64,000 bases of DNA from Geosiphon pyriformis uo1 (taxonomy: Eukaryota > Fungi > Glomeromycota): NCBI GenBank assembly GCA_016748015.1, contig JAAOMT010000324.1:135924-199923 (forward strand), read 5' to 3'. Made by a program: the position numbers and the translations under genes. The number at the start of each line of letters is the position of its first letter. Position 1 is the first letter of the stretch. The notes under the pieces are model-generated. The model ran no database searches. It had not been told where the DNA came from and was given only the letters and a program-made list of their open reading frames with translations. Shown one piece after another: positions 51,615 to 64,000 of the stretch.

Positions 51615-53764
51615 TTACCACTTAATTGGCAAATTCGCACGGTTTGCCACTGCCAATTTGTGGACCTGATTCTTTTTTTCTAGTACTTTGCTAACCCCAT
51701 TAATAACAGCCAAGATCTCCATCCCAAACCTGACCCCAAAACTTTTCTCTGGCCGTTTATCGCTAGCCTCTATTATCCATTTAATAGCACGATGATGCCG
51801 TTGTCGTTCATTTAATGGTCCAGGAACCTGGATAACTTTGACACCCTTGCGTTGGGAAATCACGCGAACCAGAGGGGAGGCGGTTTCTATGGCTGCATGA
51901 AGAATTTCAACAGGATTTGAATGGGTTTGGATTTGGATAATATGAAGAGCGTCATTAAGAATGGCTTTGGCTATGGTTTTTTTACCGTCCCGCATTATCA
52001 TGTTGGTCACATGCGAGAGAATTGGATCATGTCTCGGAGGGATTATATCTTGTTTTATATCGGCGCCGAAAGCAGATGTTTGTGATGGAAAGGAAGGATT
52101 AGTAAGACTCTCGAGCAGTGGTGGAAAGGAAGTATGTTCTGCTGAGTTTTCTTTATATGGCTGTTCACGTGATAAGCGTTCTTGTTTAAAAGGTGATTTT
52201 TTCGGTTCTTGGATTTTTGGGGAAATCGAAGATGAAAAGTCACGTTGAGGTAGTGAAGAAGATTCAGATTGCCAAGGTTTAGGAAATGGGGCAGAACCGC
52301 GATTATAATCTAGTGAGGATGATGATTTCAATTTTGGGAAGAGTTTTCTCTAGATTAGGCGGTTGTGCAGATGGAAAGCTTGGGGATTGCGATGAAAAAA
52401 AACCTATCTCTACCCCGACTGTCATCATAATCCACTTGTCGTGAGGGATATGAGCGAGGGCCACCTCTATAATCTCTCGAATATTGTGGAATACTGGTTT
52501 CTCGTGGTTTCTCTTGTGTTAAGAAAATAGAAGCGTTGGATCTGATTGTTTTCTCTGATGAAACTTGAGGCATTTCGAGAGAAATTTCCCTTTTCAGGTT
52601 CGATTGGGATTCCTTGTGAAAACAGTGCACAACTTTATTGTTTTTACCATTATCATGATTAGTACTCAAGAAGTCACCTTCATCACCGGCCTTCATATTT
52701 TTACCAGAGCTGTCATCAGTGATCCCATTATTCTTGATAACTTTATCATTTATTTGACCTATTATATCATCGCTGGCTTTAATGTTACTACTAGAACTCT
52801 TAAATTTTTTGTTGAGGTCTTTAACCCCAGGATTTCCATTAAGCTTCCCTACCATGTGTACATTTTTATGAAGTGCATTGTTCCCAAGCCTATTCACTTC
52901 ATTTTTAGAACTGATGTTTTCGTTCCTGTAATCAAAAGCCTTTTGAAATATGTCATCTAAATGACTATTAGTGGCGTTGATTTCTACTTTATCATGCCCA
53001 CTTTTCGTATAAGTGTTCTTTAGAGAAAAATTACCATTACTGTCAATATTATTTCTAATCAAATCCTTTCTATTAAAACTGGTTTCAAATGATTTCTTAA
53101 TATTGATTCCGGCATTTTGATTTATTTGTTTGTCATTTTCAATTGGAGAACTTTTATTGGGAATATTGCCTCTAAATTTAGGTTTGATGCCTACGCTTTG
53201 ATTTATTTTCTCATTCTGGTAATCAACAACTAGGGTATTAGAGATGTTATCCCCACCGTTGCAACTGTTGAAGTCATTGTTCGACTTTTGGCTCACAGTA
53301 TAATTATAATCCAAACTACCACTGTTAAGATTTCGAGCTCTCTTTTCGATTTCATTTTCCTCAGCATTATTTATAACAGGGCCCTTCCCTTCTTTTTTAG
53401 ATAAGTCTACGGTCCTGATATCATTACGAAGCTTTTTTAGAGTTTGATTGCTTTCAGCATTAGAGTTTCGCATAGAATTATGGGCATCATTGTTTTTGCC
53501 ACTCCTGCTAAGCTCCCCCACAGTATGGTTATGTATTTTTTGACTACTACTTTCAATGGGAGGAGGGACTTTGCTTCCACCTCCACTGTCTTGGTTTCCT
53601 AAAGAAAAAAATGAGCTATGGAAAAAACAAACAGAGGAAGAATAAGTTTTTGGTTTTAACTTTCCTAGTAAACCCGAAGAGCTTCGAAGAGCCAGATAAA
53701 AAGACCTCGTCTTGATAAATACAGGGAGTTTGGTGGTGTTCGTCCGGGTTGCGAAAGCGCACAT
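51615..53764 (-). CDS. RSM7: Nuclear-encoded mitochondrial ribosomal protein uS7m (Rsm7/MRPS7-like); two exons 53764-52414 and 52309-51615; ~681 aa
   Basis: C-terminal S7 domain (TNMIMRDGKK..AIETASPLV..VPGPLNERQR..AIKWI..HKLAVANRAN); Arg/Ser-rich, acid-free N-terminus like a presequence; GTAGAG...CTAG intron 52413-52310 joins the frames (DDSR/DYNRG); no stops, CpG retained. Confidence 0.85.
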
Positions 53765-53845
53765 ATCTTTAAGTATTGGATAAAGGATTAAAAAGAAGCA
53801 AAAAAAATCGGTTTGTAGATCCAATGATCTGATTATTTTTATGAC

Positions 53846-53852
53846 AAAAAAA
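53846..53852 (-). terminator. RNA polymerase III terminator (T7) of tRNA-Gln
   Basis: T run 6 nt downstream of the tRNA 3' end. Confidence 0.8.
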
Positions 53853-53858
53853 TTCGAG

Positions 53859-53930
53859 AGGTCGCGCCGAGATTCGAACTCGGATCACAAGATTCAGAGT
53901 CTTGGGTGCTAACCATTACACCACGCAACC
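53859..53930 (-). tRNA. tRNA-Gln (anticodon CTG)
   Basis: GGTTGCGTGGTGTAATGGTTAGCACCCAAGACTCTGAATCTTGTGATCCGAGTTCGAATCTCGGCGCGACCT: full cloverleaf, A and B boxes, no encoded CCA. Confidence 0.97.
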
Positions 53931-54408
53931 AGGGATTATCGAATTATCTATTTTTAATTATATGAACTTTACTATGCATACAACAAAACAAAATTTTTAT
54001 GGATGGTAAAAAATTTTAAAGATTCAAATATAAAATGCATATTTACACTTAACAAAATTAGTATTATTATTTAAAGTTATAAATTGATTATACATAATAA
54101 TAAAATTTATATTAACCAACCAATTTTTCTTTATTAAAAACACTTTTTCAAATATTATAGAAATATAATTATTAAAAAATTAAACTAAAAAAATATACAA
54201 AAAAAGTATAATTTTGGTTTAAACAATTATACATTTAAATTTAAATTTAAGTTTTGTTTTATTAGATATTAAAAAGTTTATTTGACTACAACTTATTAAT
54301 ATAAAAAAAAATAACATATATTAAAAACAACTTATATGTTTACTATATATAATTAATTAAACTTATGTTAAAACTATATTATATTTGATATTTTATTATA
54401 AAATTTAG

Positions 54409-56228
54409 TAGTGTTAAGAGAAAGTCAGCCAGAGTTTCGACCACTGGTTCGGTTGGTAGTGGTTCAGGTCATAAAATCAAGAAACTCCCCAGTGGTACCA
54501 AGCTCTCAAGTAGTGATACAATTCTCAAAAGTGGTGGATCTGGTCGTGTGGTCAGACAGTTTAATGGCATGGATACTGATGGAGAAGCTTCCGAAGGTGA
54601 AGAAGTACCTAATTCCAGAATAAATACGCCTCAAGCCAAGTGTTTCAATAATAGTGTGACTGTTGGCTCCCCTCTCGGCTCTATTAATTATGACATGGAG
54701 GAAGAAGAGGAAGTTTCTCTTCTCCCCCATAAGTCTTTCTCTTTGGATAAAATGTAGGTGAATCCCAAAATCATTAAAACTCAAGTAGAAGTCACCATAA
54801 AAAAATCATTTACTTTGGACATTAATCTTTCGGCTGTAAAAGGGAAATCGGCAACAGCCAAAACTCAGGTCATAAGAAAATTATTTTCAGGAATCAATAG
54901 TTTTGGGGAGGCCATTACTTCCTCAAAATTTGAAGGGATCATTAAATCTACATTCATGTTAGAAGAAAGCATGGAAAGAGCTGTGTCATTGGCTAAGAAA
55001 AAGGGGATTATTGTAAACAGTGATCTCAAAAGACAAGGAATTTGCTCAGATCGGGCTGTAGTAATCAAGAAAATTCCCATAGATACACCTAAGAACATAA
55101 TCATTGCCACAGTAGCTGAATTTGGAGAAATTAAGTCGATCCATGTACAACTGGTTGGGTTATGGCAGAAGGCTGTGGTTGAGTTTGCCAAATCAGAACA
55201 GGCAGTGCAATTGGCTTCTAAGTGGTCATTCCTAATCAGAAAAGATTCAGTACATGTGACTATGGCTGTGGGAGATCGTGAGACTTGGGCTTCTAGAGAT
55301 TGGTTCAGAGCACTGTTGTTTACTTTGCTAGTGGGAACGACAGCTCATGATCTTGGCAATCTGTTAAAGGAGGCTGATGAGAAAACTTGCATTATCAATC
55401 GGTCATTTGAAATGGACAATAGGATTCACTGTGCTGTGGTTGGTTTTGATTCTAAGGAGAAGCTGGAAGCTGCTTTTTACACGGAACCAATTTTTGGTGG
55501 TGTGAGACTTTCTTGGGCTAGGTTAGGCTTGGTTCGGTGTAAAAAGTGTGGGAGATTTGAACACTCAGCCTTGGAATGTGATGCTTCTGATGTTTCTGTT
55601 CCTGCGCCTTTTATTGCTTTGAAAAAAGGAAGACATGTTTTCAGTGCAGATCGCTTTTATTTAGCCAAGTTATATGCAAAGAAAAATGTTCCTATCTCTC
55701 ACCCAGCTGTCTTTGGTGGCAAATCTTGGGCTTAGGTGGTCTCTCTTGCTTTCTCTGCTGGTGGCTCTCCCTTTGGTTCTGGTTTTGGTTTTGGCTTCTT
55801 TTTATCAGGTGCTTCGGGTTTGGTTGGTGGTGCTCTCTTTTTCCCAATTGACGGGTCTCCCTTGGATGCTCGGTTGGCGTCTTTGGAGTGTTCTCTTGAA
55901 CTTTTGGCTAACCAGGTTTCTGGCATTCTTAGAAAATTGAATTTTGTTGAATTGGTGCCCATGGTGCCATCTTCTGATACTCCTTCTTTGGTTGGCTCTG
56001 TACCTGTGGCTCCTGTTTTGGACTTGGATATGGTTTTGGATGGCACATTGACATCACTCTCTCCCCCTCCCTCAAATGCTGAGTTGGATGTGGGTTTCAG
56101 TTCAAATAGTTCAAAGGTTTTTGGAGTCTAAAATGTTAGCTCTGGAGGCTTCAGTCAGTTCTGTTTTGGTGAGATTGGATCTCTTGTGTTCTGATTCGGA
56201 TTCTTCTTTACTGCTTTCATCCCAATAA
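54409..56228 (+). pseudogene. LINE ORF1 (5'-truncated)
   Basis: KKSFTLDINLSAV, WQKAVVEF, CKKCGRFEHSALEC. Confidence 0.87.
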
Positions 56229-59200
56229 GCAGTCTGGTTTGGAAATTTGCTATATGTAATGTTCATGGAATCAATGTCCCTGCCAAGCAGAAGGATGTTG
56301 TACATTGGTATCGCAATTCTGGCAATTTGGTTTTGTTCATTACAGAAACAAAGTTGAGATCTTTTACTAGGCCATGGATTGCAGATAAGTTCGACAGAGT
56401 GCGAATTTTTCTTTGGGATTGGATAAGGGTTTTGTTGGTGCTGGGGTTGCAATTATTATGAACAGTTCATTGGCTCGACATGTTTCTAAGATTGAAAAGA
56501 TCCCTGGTCGAGTTATTTTGGTGCGTCTTTGTTCAAAGACAAGCTTTCGGTGACTGTACTTGGTTGTATGCTGGTACATCTCTGGGCATTTGTTTTAGAC
56601 AGGCATCTGAGGTTAATTTATTCATTGCTAAGGCTGTTAATGCCAGCAATTTTGTTGTCTTGGGTGGAGATTTTAACAAAAATGAATCTGGAAGGAGTGC
56701 GAGTTATGGGTTTTGTTTAGGTCTTGGTCTGGTCAATTTACTTGCTAGCCATCAGTTAGCAAAGGCTTCTATGTGAAGCAACTTGAGAAGGATAGAAAAA
56801 ACTATTAATTACATTTTGGTTAGTGAGAATCTGTCTTCTGCTGTTGCTAAGCATTGGGTTGAGTCAGTGTCAAAATTTTTTGATACAGACCACAAGGCTG
56901 TCATGGTGTCAGTTGGTCTGAGCAGACTTTTGAATGTTCAGTTGAATAGTTTGTGCAAGCAGGCTAACAAGAATCATTGGAAGTTCAAGGTCAAGGACAC
57001 AGATGCTTCCAAGTGGTCTGAGTTTAGGGATTGTGTTTCAGCTAAGCTTCTGTTGATTAAGGATCTCTTCTCTGATGCCAAAGCTAGTGGTGATTTGGAT
57101 ACCATGTGAGCAATTTTAGGAAAAGTGATGGTTGAGTCTGTTAATGAGATTTTTTCCAGACAATGGTTTAGTGAATTTCAATGTTCTAGAAATAAGTATT
57201 CTTTAAAGTTGCCAAGATTGTTGGTGTGGTTCGCACTGGTGACATGCTTGAAGTTGATCATCTCGTGAGGAAATGGTTTACTTTGAATAAGGCCAAAGCT
57301 TGCGCGTTCTCTGATTTGGTTAGATTGGATATAAGTAGTATGGTTTTTCTTAAATATCTGTCATCAAGTCACAAAGAATACAGGAAGTCGAAGATGTTTG
57401 AATCGAGGTTGGCTGAGGAAGCTTCTATTAGGAGAGCTGTAGAGAGATGCATGGAGAGTTTTGTTTCTAATAAAAGAGACATGATAAGGAGTATATTGAA
57501 TCAGTCTTTTTGCAAGGTAATTCTTGATTATTTGGTTGTTGATAATGGTTTGGTTCTGGAACCTGTGAAGATAAAGTCTAAGGTGGACGAGATTATGGTG
57601 GAATGGACAAGGAAGCGGGTGGTGTCTGAACTCTGAGCTCACTAGTATGCACCTTTGGATCATGTACGGGATGATGCTTTTTCTGGGGTAATGTGTGAAA
57701 TTGGTTTGGGTGAGCTGTTCTCAGTTGTTGGGAGTCTGCCTGATGGCAAGGCTGCTGGCTTGTCTGGCATTCCTAATGAGCTGTGGAAGCATGGTGGTGA
57801 TGCGGTATTGGGTTGTCTTCTGGAGCTGTTGAATATGTGTTTGGTTGTTGGGGGTGTGCCTACTTTGTGGAGGAGAGCGTGAGTTTCGATAATTCCGAAA
57901 CCTTATGACTGGGATGGGGTTCTTACGAACACTCAGCCTATTGCACTGATCGAGACTGCCAGGAAGATTCTCTCCAAGGTTCTTTCTGACAGGATTTCAT
58001 CAGCTTGTAGCAAGTTTGGTGTTCTACGTGGTAATAATTTTTCTGTTTTAAAGAGTATGTCTACTCAGTCTCCAGTGTTTGCTGTCAACTCGGTAGTTGA
58101 GGATGCTTTGGAAAAGAATCGAGAACTTTGGTTAGTGTTGCAGGATATGAGTAAAGTGTATGATTCAGTTGGGTGGTACCATTTGGAAGCGAGCTTGAAG
58201 CGCATCAAGATGTGCAGTAGGTTTATTAGTTTCTTTAGTGGCATATACAATGATAGAGTTAACAGGGTCATGACGGATTTTGGTCTGTCAGATGGCTATC
58301 ATGTGCACGATGGTTTGGATCAAGGTGAGGTTTTCTCCCCTTTTCTTTGGAGAATCTTCTATGATCCACTATTGTGTAAGGTCAAATGGCATGAACATTT
58401 GTGTGAATACAGAATTGACACTAAGTTTGTGGCGAGAACTAACAGAATCAAGAGTAGTGGTGAGATGTCCTCTTTTTTTGCTGCTGGTGCTTTTGTGGAT
58501 GATACAATTTGGGTAGAAGATTGCCAGGCTTCCAAGCAGTATGCTTTTAATATTGCTAGTGAATTTTTTTCTATCAATGATATTTCAATTAATAATGAGA
58601 AGATGGTGGCCATTCTGATTAATCAAGGTATCAAGGTTGCTTCATTAAGTATTAGTAGTCAGCCAATCTCTATAGTAAAAAAGGGTGAGGCTCACAGGTA
58701 CCTGGGAATCTTTTTGTCAACTGAAGAGTTGTCCAAACCTAGTTTGGCCAAGGTGCACTTGGATGTCCATTTTTTTACCAATGTAGTACTCAGGAAAGCC
58801 ATTATGGATAAGCAGTTTTCTTATTTGGTCTCAGTTGTTTTGCAGCCAATTATTAGTTACAGAACGCAGTTTAGTTTTGTCTCCTCTGGTATATGCTGCA
58901 AGTGGGACGTTTTGGTAAGGAAGAATCTCAGGTCTAAGACTTACTTGCCTTGTGACTTCTCAAATGAAGCTTTGCATTATCTTTCTCTTTATGGCTTGAA
59001 GCCTTTCAATCAAATACAGTCCGAAAGCAAGATGGCTGCTGTGATCTCTTTTTTGAATGCTCTGGGTATTCTTGGTCAGTTGTTTCTTTATCACTTCTTG
59101 GATTTGCAGGTTCTTGGATGGATGCCCTTGAATCCATTGCAGTTTCCAGTCAAGCTGCATGTTAGTCCTGTAAACAATTTTTTAGCTGGTATGGTCAGAA

Positions 59201-60879
59201 TTTTTTTGGATTGTAAGCTGTCTTTGGCAAACATTCTGCCTAGTGCTTTTAGAGATCCTGGTGTTTTTCCTATGCCTGTGATTTTGGGAAAGTTCTTGTT
59301 TCTTAGTTGTGTTTGTTCTCTGAAACGTTTTGGGATTGCCTTTAGTGACAGACTTCTTGACAAAAAAGATGCTGTAATGGATTGAAAGACTTTTCGTCGT
59401 TGGAAAAAACTTGATCCCAAGGGCGCTGTGCCTCATTGGTTCAATGTCACGCATATGTTTTTGCTGGATAGAGGCTTGGCGCCACATGCTGCTGATAATG
59501 CTGGTGGTTTTTTGGGCTGTAGTGTTTTGGACTCTAAACAGTTTGCTTTTGTGCGAGATGGTCTACTTGAAGTTTGGTCTAACTCTTTGGATGTTTATAC
59601 TGATGGTTCATTGATATCAGTTGGCTCCTCCAGCGTGGTTAGTGGGGCCACTGCTTATTTTCCTGCTTTGGATGCAGGAGTTGGTGTTGGTGTATGTGGG
59701 CTTTTATCTTTGACTCTGTCAGAATTACAGGCTGTGGCTCTTGCTCTGGAATGCATTCCTTCATTCTGTTCAGTGGTTTTGCATCTCGACAGCCAAGCTG
59801 CCATTAATGCGTGTGTGTCTGAATTGGCTTTTATTGTCCTTGACTTTCGCAATCATTGTTGAATTGAGAAAAGACATGTTGCCAATTTGATTAGGAATAA
59901 GGATTTTGCTGTGAGTTGGGTTAAGGTCAAGGGTCATTCTGGAGTTCCTGGCAATAATTGAGCTAATGCGCTGGCTGGTGAGGCTGCTGGCTCTCCCATT
60001 TCTTTGCTGTCTGGAGTTCATGAGTGTTTTCTGTTGGCTAAAAGTACTGCAGTTTCGGGTAATGCTTATTATTTTGTTAGGGATGTTTTTAGATTTGTTT
60101 GTCATGTTTGTTGGGAGGCTGGTTTGAGTTATGATGTGGTTCCAGCTATTCCGTTGCAGTGTTTTGATTGGAACATTTCTGCATGGATCTGGCATCCTGA
60201 CTTGCATATGCTTGCTGAATTTACCAGCTGGAAATTGGTAAGTCTTTACACATACTTAATGAAGACTCTACATAGAAGATTGTCAATGACTGTTTGCAAA
60301 AAATTGTACAATAAACATTATCTTGGTGTTCAGTGTTTGTTGTGTAGTGAGGTGGAGTTGCCCGATCACATTTTTACTTGTTCTTGAGATGTTTATGTAC
60401 AGAAGGATATTCTGTCAAAGGTATCTGCTCATTGGATTTCCATGGCTGGTGCGTGTAACTTGTCTTCTTTCTCTGTTTTAAGGACTCTTGATTTCTGCTG
60501 GTTGGATGTTGGCTTGTATTCAGTCTTGTGTAGAGGATTTGTGCTTAAAGATTGGTGTGCAGAGGCTGTTGGCATTTTTAAGGATGTTAAGTGTGCTTCT
60601 GGTGTGGTTGTTGACTTTGTGAGATATTTGGTTGAGTTACATTAATCTAAAGTATGGTTGGCTAGGTCTAGATTTAGGGTGGACATAGAGAAGACAGGTT
60701 TGGTTGGTAATGATGGTTTGGTGTTAGGATTGTTGCATTGCATAACTTTTATGCTTTCGGATGACGTGATCAGGTTGCTTAGTATTGTGGAGTCTTTTGC
60801 TGTAAGTTTTGGCCATCACAGGCCTTGTTTTTTTTTTTCCAGTTTGGATGGTAATCTATGTGTTCGTTTAAGTGTATAG
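56225..60879 (+). pseudogene. LINE ORF2 (APE-RT-RNase H-CCHC)
   Basis: CNVHGIN, GGDFNK, TDHKAV, QGEVFSPFLW, AFVDDTIW, YTDGSL, DSQAA, CLLCSEVELPDHIFTC. Confidence 0.92.
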
Positions 60880-62049
60880 TGTTGTCTTGTCTGGCCTGAA
60901 TGGCTAGCCACATGTAGAAAGTGCGTGAATTGTGTTTAGTTTGAGCCACTTGGTTTGGTTCTATGTACTAGGTAGTGGTTGGACTTCATTTGTTAAATGA
61001 ATAAAAAAAAAAAAATTTAGATTTGTATTTTTTTTAATTATATTTTATATTTTAGTCTTAAAACTTTTACAAAAACTACAAATAAATTACAACTTATTAT
61101 TTAAAAAAGAATTGGAATTATTTTTTATTTTATTATTTAATAAAATTATTAAATTTTCTAATCTTAAAAGCAAAATTTTAAACAATTAAAATACTAATAA
61201 TTTTAATTATAAACTCTATTTATAAGATCAACTTTACAATTTTGTTTTTAAATTATATAATTTGAAACTATTAATAATATATTATTAAAAAAACAAAAGT
61301 TATAACATAAAACATTGTATTAAAAAATAATTTACACAAATTTTAAATTACATAAAAATTTTAATATATAGCAAAATACTTAAAAAAATTCTTAATAAAC
61401 CAAAAAAAACAGCTTTATAATAATATTTAAATAATTTAATACTAAAAACTATCAATATTATTATTATTAAAAAATATTAGAAAAAACTTCATAAAAAATT
61501 ATAATAACAAAAATAAAAACTACAAAAAATTTTATAATTTTAAAATATATAAAAATTAAATTAACAATAGTATTTAAATATAAATTCTATATAAAAACTT
61601 GATTTTTTTTAATAATTAATTTTATATTAATAAAACCAAGTAAATATTAAAATATAAATTTAATTAAGTTATTTAATTTTTATAGTAATGTTAAATATTA
61701 AAATAAAAGTAATTTATTTAATAGTTAATAATTATTTTTAATTATTATTAAAACCAATAATATTTTAAAAAAATAAAAAAAATCTTTTAGTTTTATTTAT
61801 TAATTTAATATTTGCAATTAAATATTATAATATAATTGAACAAAATTATATATTAAAACATAATTTGTTTTGTTTTTATAATTTGTAATAATTAATTAAA
61901 CTTAATATATTAAACAATATAATTATATATTAATTTAAATTAAATTAATTTATTATTATTTAAAATCAAAAATTTTATTGTTTATAATCAAAATAAAATT
62001 AAATATTATAATTAATATTATTATAATTAAAACTATTTAAAAAATAAAA

Positions 62050-64000
62050 AAAATTCTTTGTCTTCTTAATTTCATGACCATAACCAAAGCAAAAAGTAAA
62101 AAAGCTGCAATTAATATTTTTTCTGAGATATCTAATAAAATTTCAATTAAAAAAGCTCTCTTTGTAGTAAAAGCAACTAGACAAAACGTTTTAGAAGTCT
62201 TTTTTTACCTAATAATCACAAAAAGCTGCCTTTGGTAACTACTAAAGCAACTTTCTTATTTTTGAGTGGTTTTTTACCACTCAAAGTTTCTTCAAAGAGA
62301 CATATTTGGGTTAGTTCTAGTGTTGTTTTTATCTTTACTAAGAGCCCAAAAGTGTTTAATAATAAACCAGTTAATAAGCTGTTATTATCCTTTATAGTTT
62401 TAATATCTGGTGTTATTAGCACCTCCTTTTCAAAAAAAATAATCAAAAAGACCAAAAGTTTAGAAAAGTGTAATTCCAACTGAAATCTTAGATAAGATCT
62501 CTATTACATTATCTGACATATCATCCAAGATGGGCCAAGATTAACCACTGAGTGTATTGTCTAATGTGGTGTTTTTTGGCAGATCCTTGTCAGTTCTGGA
62601 AGCAAAACAACCATTTTTTGTTGAGTTACCTGTTCTTGAGAACTGGACTAATCAAATGGAAACTGATTTATCTCCTTTTTTGGTTTTTAGTGTTGCCACT
62701 AATGGTGCTTGGGAAACTATTACTAATTATCAAAGATTTACTTGGATAGATGGCCTCTTTTCTGGTGTTTAGTATTACTTTTAAGATCAAATTAACTCAT
62801 ATTAAGACTGTTTTTCAGTCTGTATATGGTTTTTTGGATGCAAAATCTGTTTTTAAAAACAATATAAAGCTTTTTTGTATGAAGTTTGTTTCTCAAAGTT
62901 TTTTAGATACTGCATTTTTAGTTGAACTTACAAGCTCTGTTTACCTTGTCACTCTTAAAATTGCTAAGTCTTTAATGGTTTCTGAGTTTGGCTTCTCTTT
63001 TGCTGCTATTGTATTGCATAATGTGCCTTTGAGTATGTTTGTTGCTGACATTAAGACAGCTTTTGATGTCTTTGGTAAAATTTTTTGTATTCAGTTAAGA
63101 TTTGTTGGTACTTGGCAATATGTTGTTGTTTACTTTAAAATTTGGATGCTGCCACATCTGCTCTCAATTACTAGTTGGTTTTGGTAGGCAAAGATAGTGT
63201 TTGGATTCTTTTCCTCATGAATTAACAGAAAACAATTGTGTTTCATAATAAGTTTAAGACCAAGTTGGTCAATCTTTCTTTTGGTTGCACTGCTTTTAAA
63301 ATCAATAATATGATTTCTCATGTTGGTGGTCAGACTTGTTTTATTTTTTGGTCTCCTGAATCTGGTTATCATTTCTGTTTTGCTCTGGTTATATTTAACT
63401 TTCAAGCTAATTTGAACTTTGCTATTGTCAAAACTAGCACACTAAAAAAATGCTGTATTTGGTAAGAAACTCCTGGTTGTTAACATTGTTTTTGGTGTCA
63501 AGAAATAAGCCACTTGGCTGTGAACTATAAGATTGCTCTATCTCCCTTTTTTAAGACTTCCAAAATGTTTAAATCATATTTTGTTGGTTCTTTGTTTTAT
63601 GCAAAGACATCTGCTTCTTCTGTTCTTTCTGAATTTCCTTTTTTGGTGGCTTCTGTTTCTCCTGTGACTGTTGCTAATTCTTTAATGTTTTTTTGGTTAA
63701 CTGCTCTGAAATTTGATTTGGCCAAGTTGTCAACTTTGGTAAAATCTATTATTAAATTTGTTGGTAGATTGGTAACCACTTTTGAGCAATTTATTAAAGA
63801 TGATTTTGTGTCTAGCAGCATGCTTAATAACAAGATCAATAAATTTATGGTGTATTTGAATGTTTTTAGCAAATTTGTTGATAGATTGGAAAAGAAGGTG
63901 GTGATATTAAAGATTGAATATAGCATAGAAGATGCTGGTTTGTCTGGTGATTCTGGTATTTTAGTTGAAGTAAGTGATAAAGTATTTAGTGAATTAATAA
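62050..64000 (+). mobile_element. 5' part of an older, more distant LINE (ORF1 from ATG 62074), continuing past the window
   Basis: Decayed ORF1 homology (VLHNVPL..DIKTAF.VFG..WQYVVVYF; GGQTCFI; CFWCQEISHLAVNY knuckle at ~63486-63530). Confidence 0.72.

Larger units (their letters stand above)
54409..61011 (+). mobile_element. Slightly 5'-truncated LINE (same family group as 42869-49679), degenerate
   Basis: Exact TSD AAAATTTAG (54400-54408, 61012-61020); poly(A) 61003-61011; ORF1 to 56228; ORF2 56225-60879. Confidence 0.94.

Noticed and set aside
51615-52331. Bacterial or endosymbiont rpsG transfer, or a NUMT
   Set aside because: Spliceosomal-type intron, presequence-like N-terminus and no rpsL/fusA neighbours indicate a normal nuclear mitoribosomal gene.
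52348-52403. Alternative 56-nt intron (GTTTTT...GAG), and the TTG start at 53824
   Set aside because: Weaker splice signals than GTAGAG...CTAG, although it is in frame and not excluded; a TTG start is unlikely in a eukaryote and ATG 53764 gives a presequence.
53931-54409. tRNA-targeted LINE insertion
   Set aside because: About 480 bp away, a single case, and the related LINE at 42869-49679 has no adjacent tRNA; AT-rich target preference is sufficient.

Overview
AT-rich eukaryotic DNA, almost certainly fungal. The repeat proteins resemble ones I recall from the Glomeromycotina fungus Geosiphon (unverified). About 85-90% of the window is decayed retrotransposon. Positions 1-41.9 kb are a nest of five large Ty3/Gypsy copies from two related subfamilies (A and B), plus a short orphan pol fragment and a solo LTR, with 4-bp TSDs. 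Positions 42.9-64 kb hold three LINEs (two with complete APE-RT-RNase H ORF2, the third with only ORF1 in the window) around a single host island: a two-exon nuclear gene for mitochondrial ribosomal protein uS7m with a very long N-terminal extension, and a tRNA-Gln(CTG) 95 bp upstream. Comparing the Gypsy copies reveals an unusual element architecture. A gag-PR-(Cys-rich domain)-dUTPase-(degenerate dUTPase-like)-RT-RNase H frame stops right after RNase H in all five copies. Integrase appears to be a separate ORF, followed by a non-env ORF3 preceded by its own TATA box. The LTRs have swappable U3 repeat arrays (one reconstructs to 10-bp-phased ACGCGT boxes) and a long U5 with covarying RNA stems conserved across subfamilies. 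All TE copies are broken mainly by C>T/G>A transitions. Coordinates were read by eye and may be off by a few bases.
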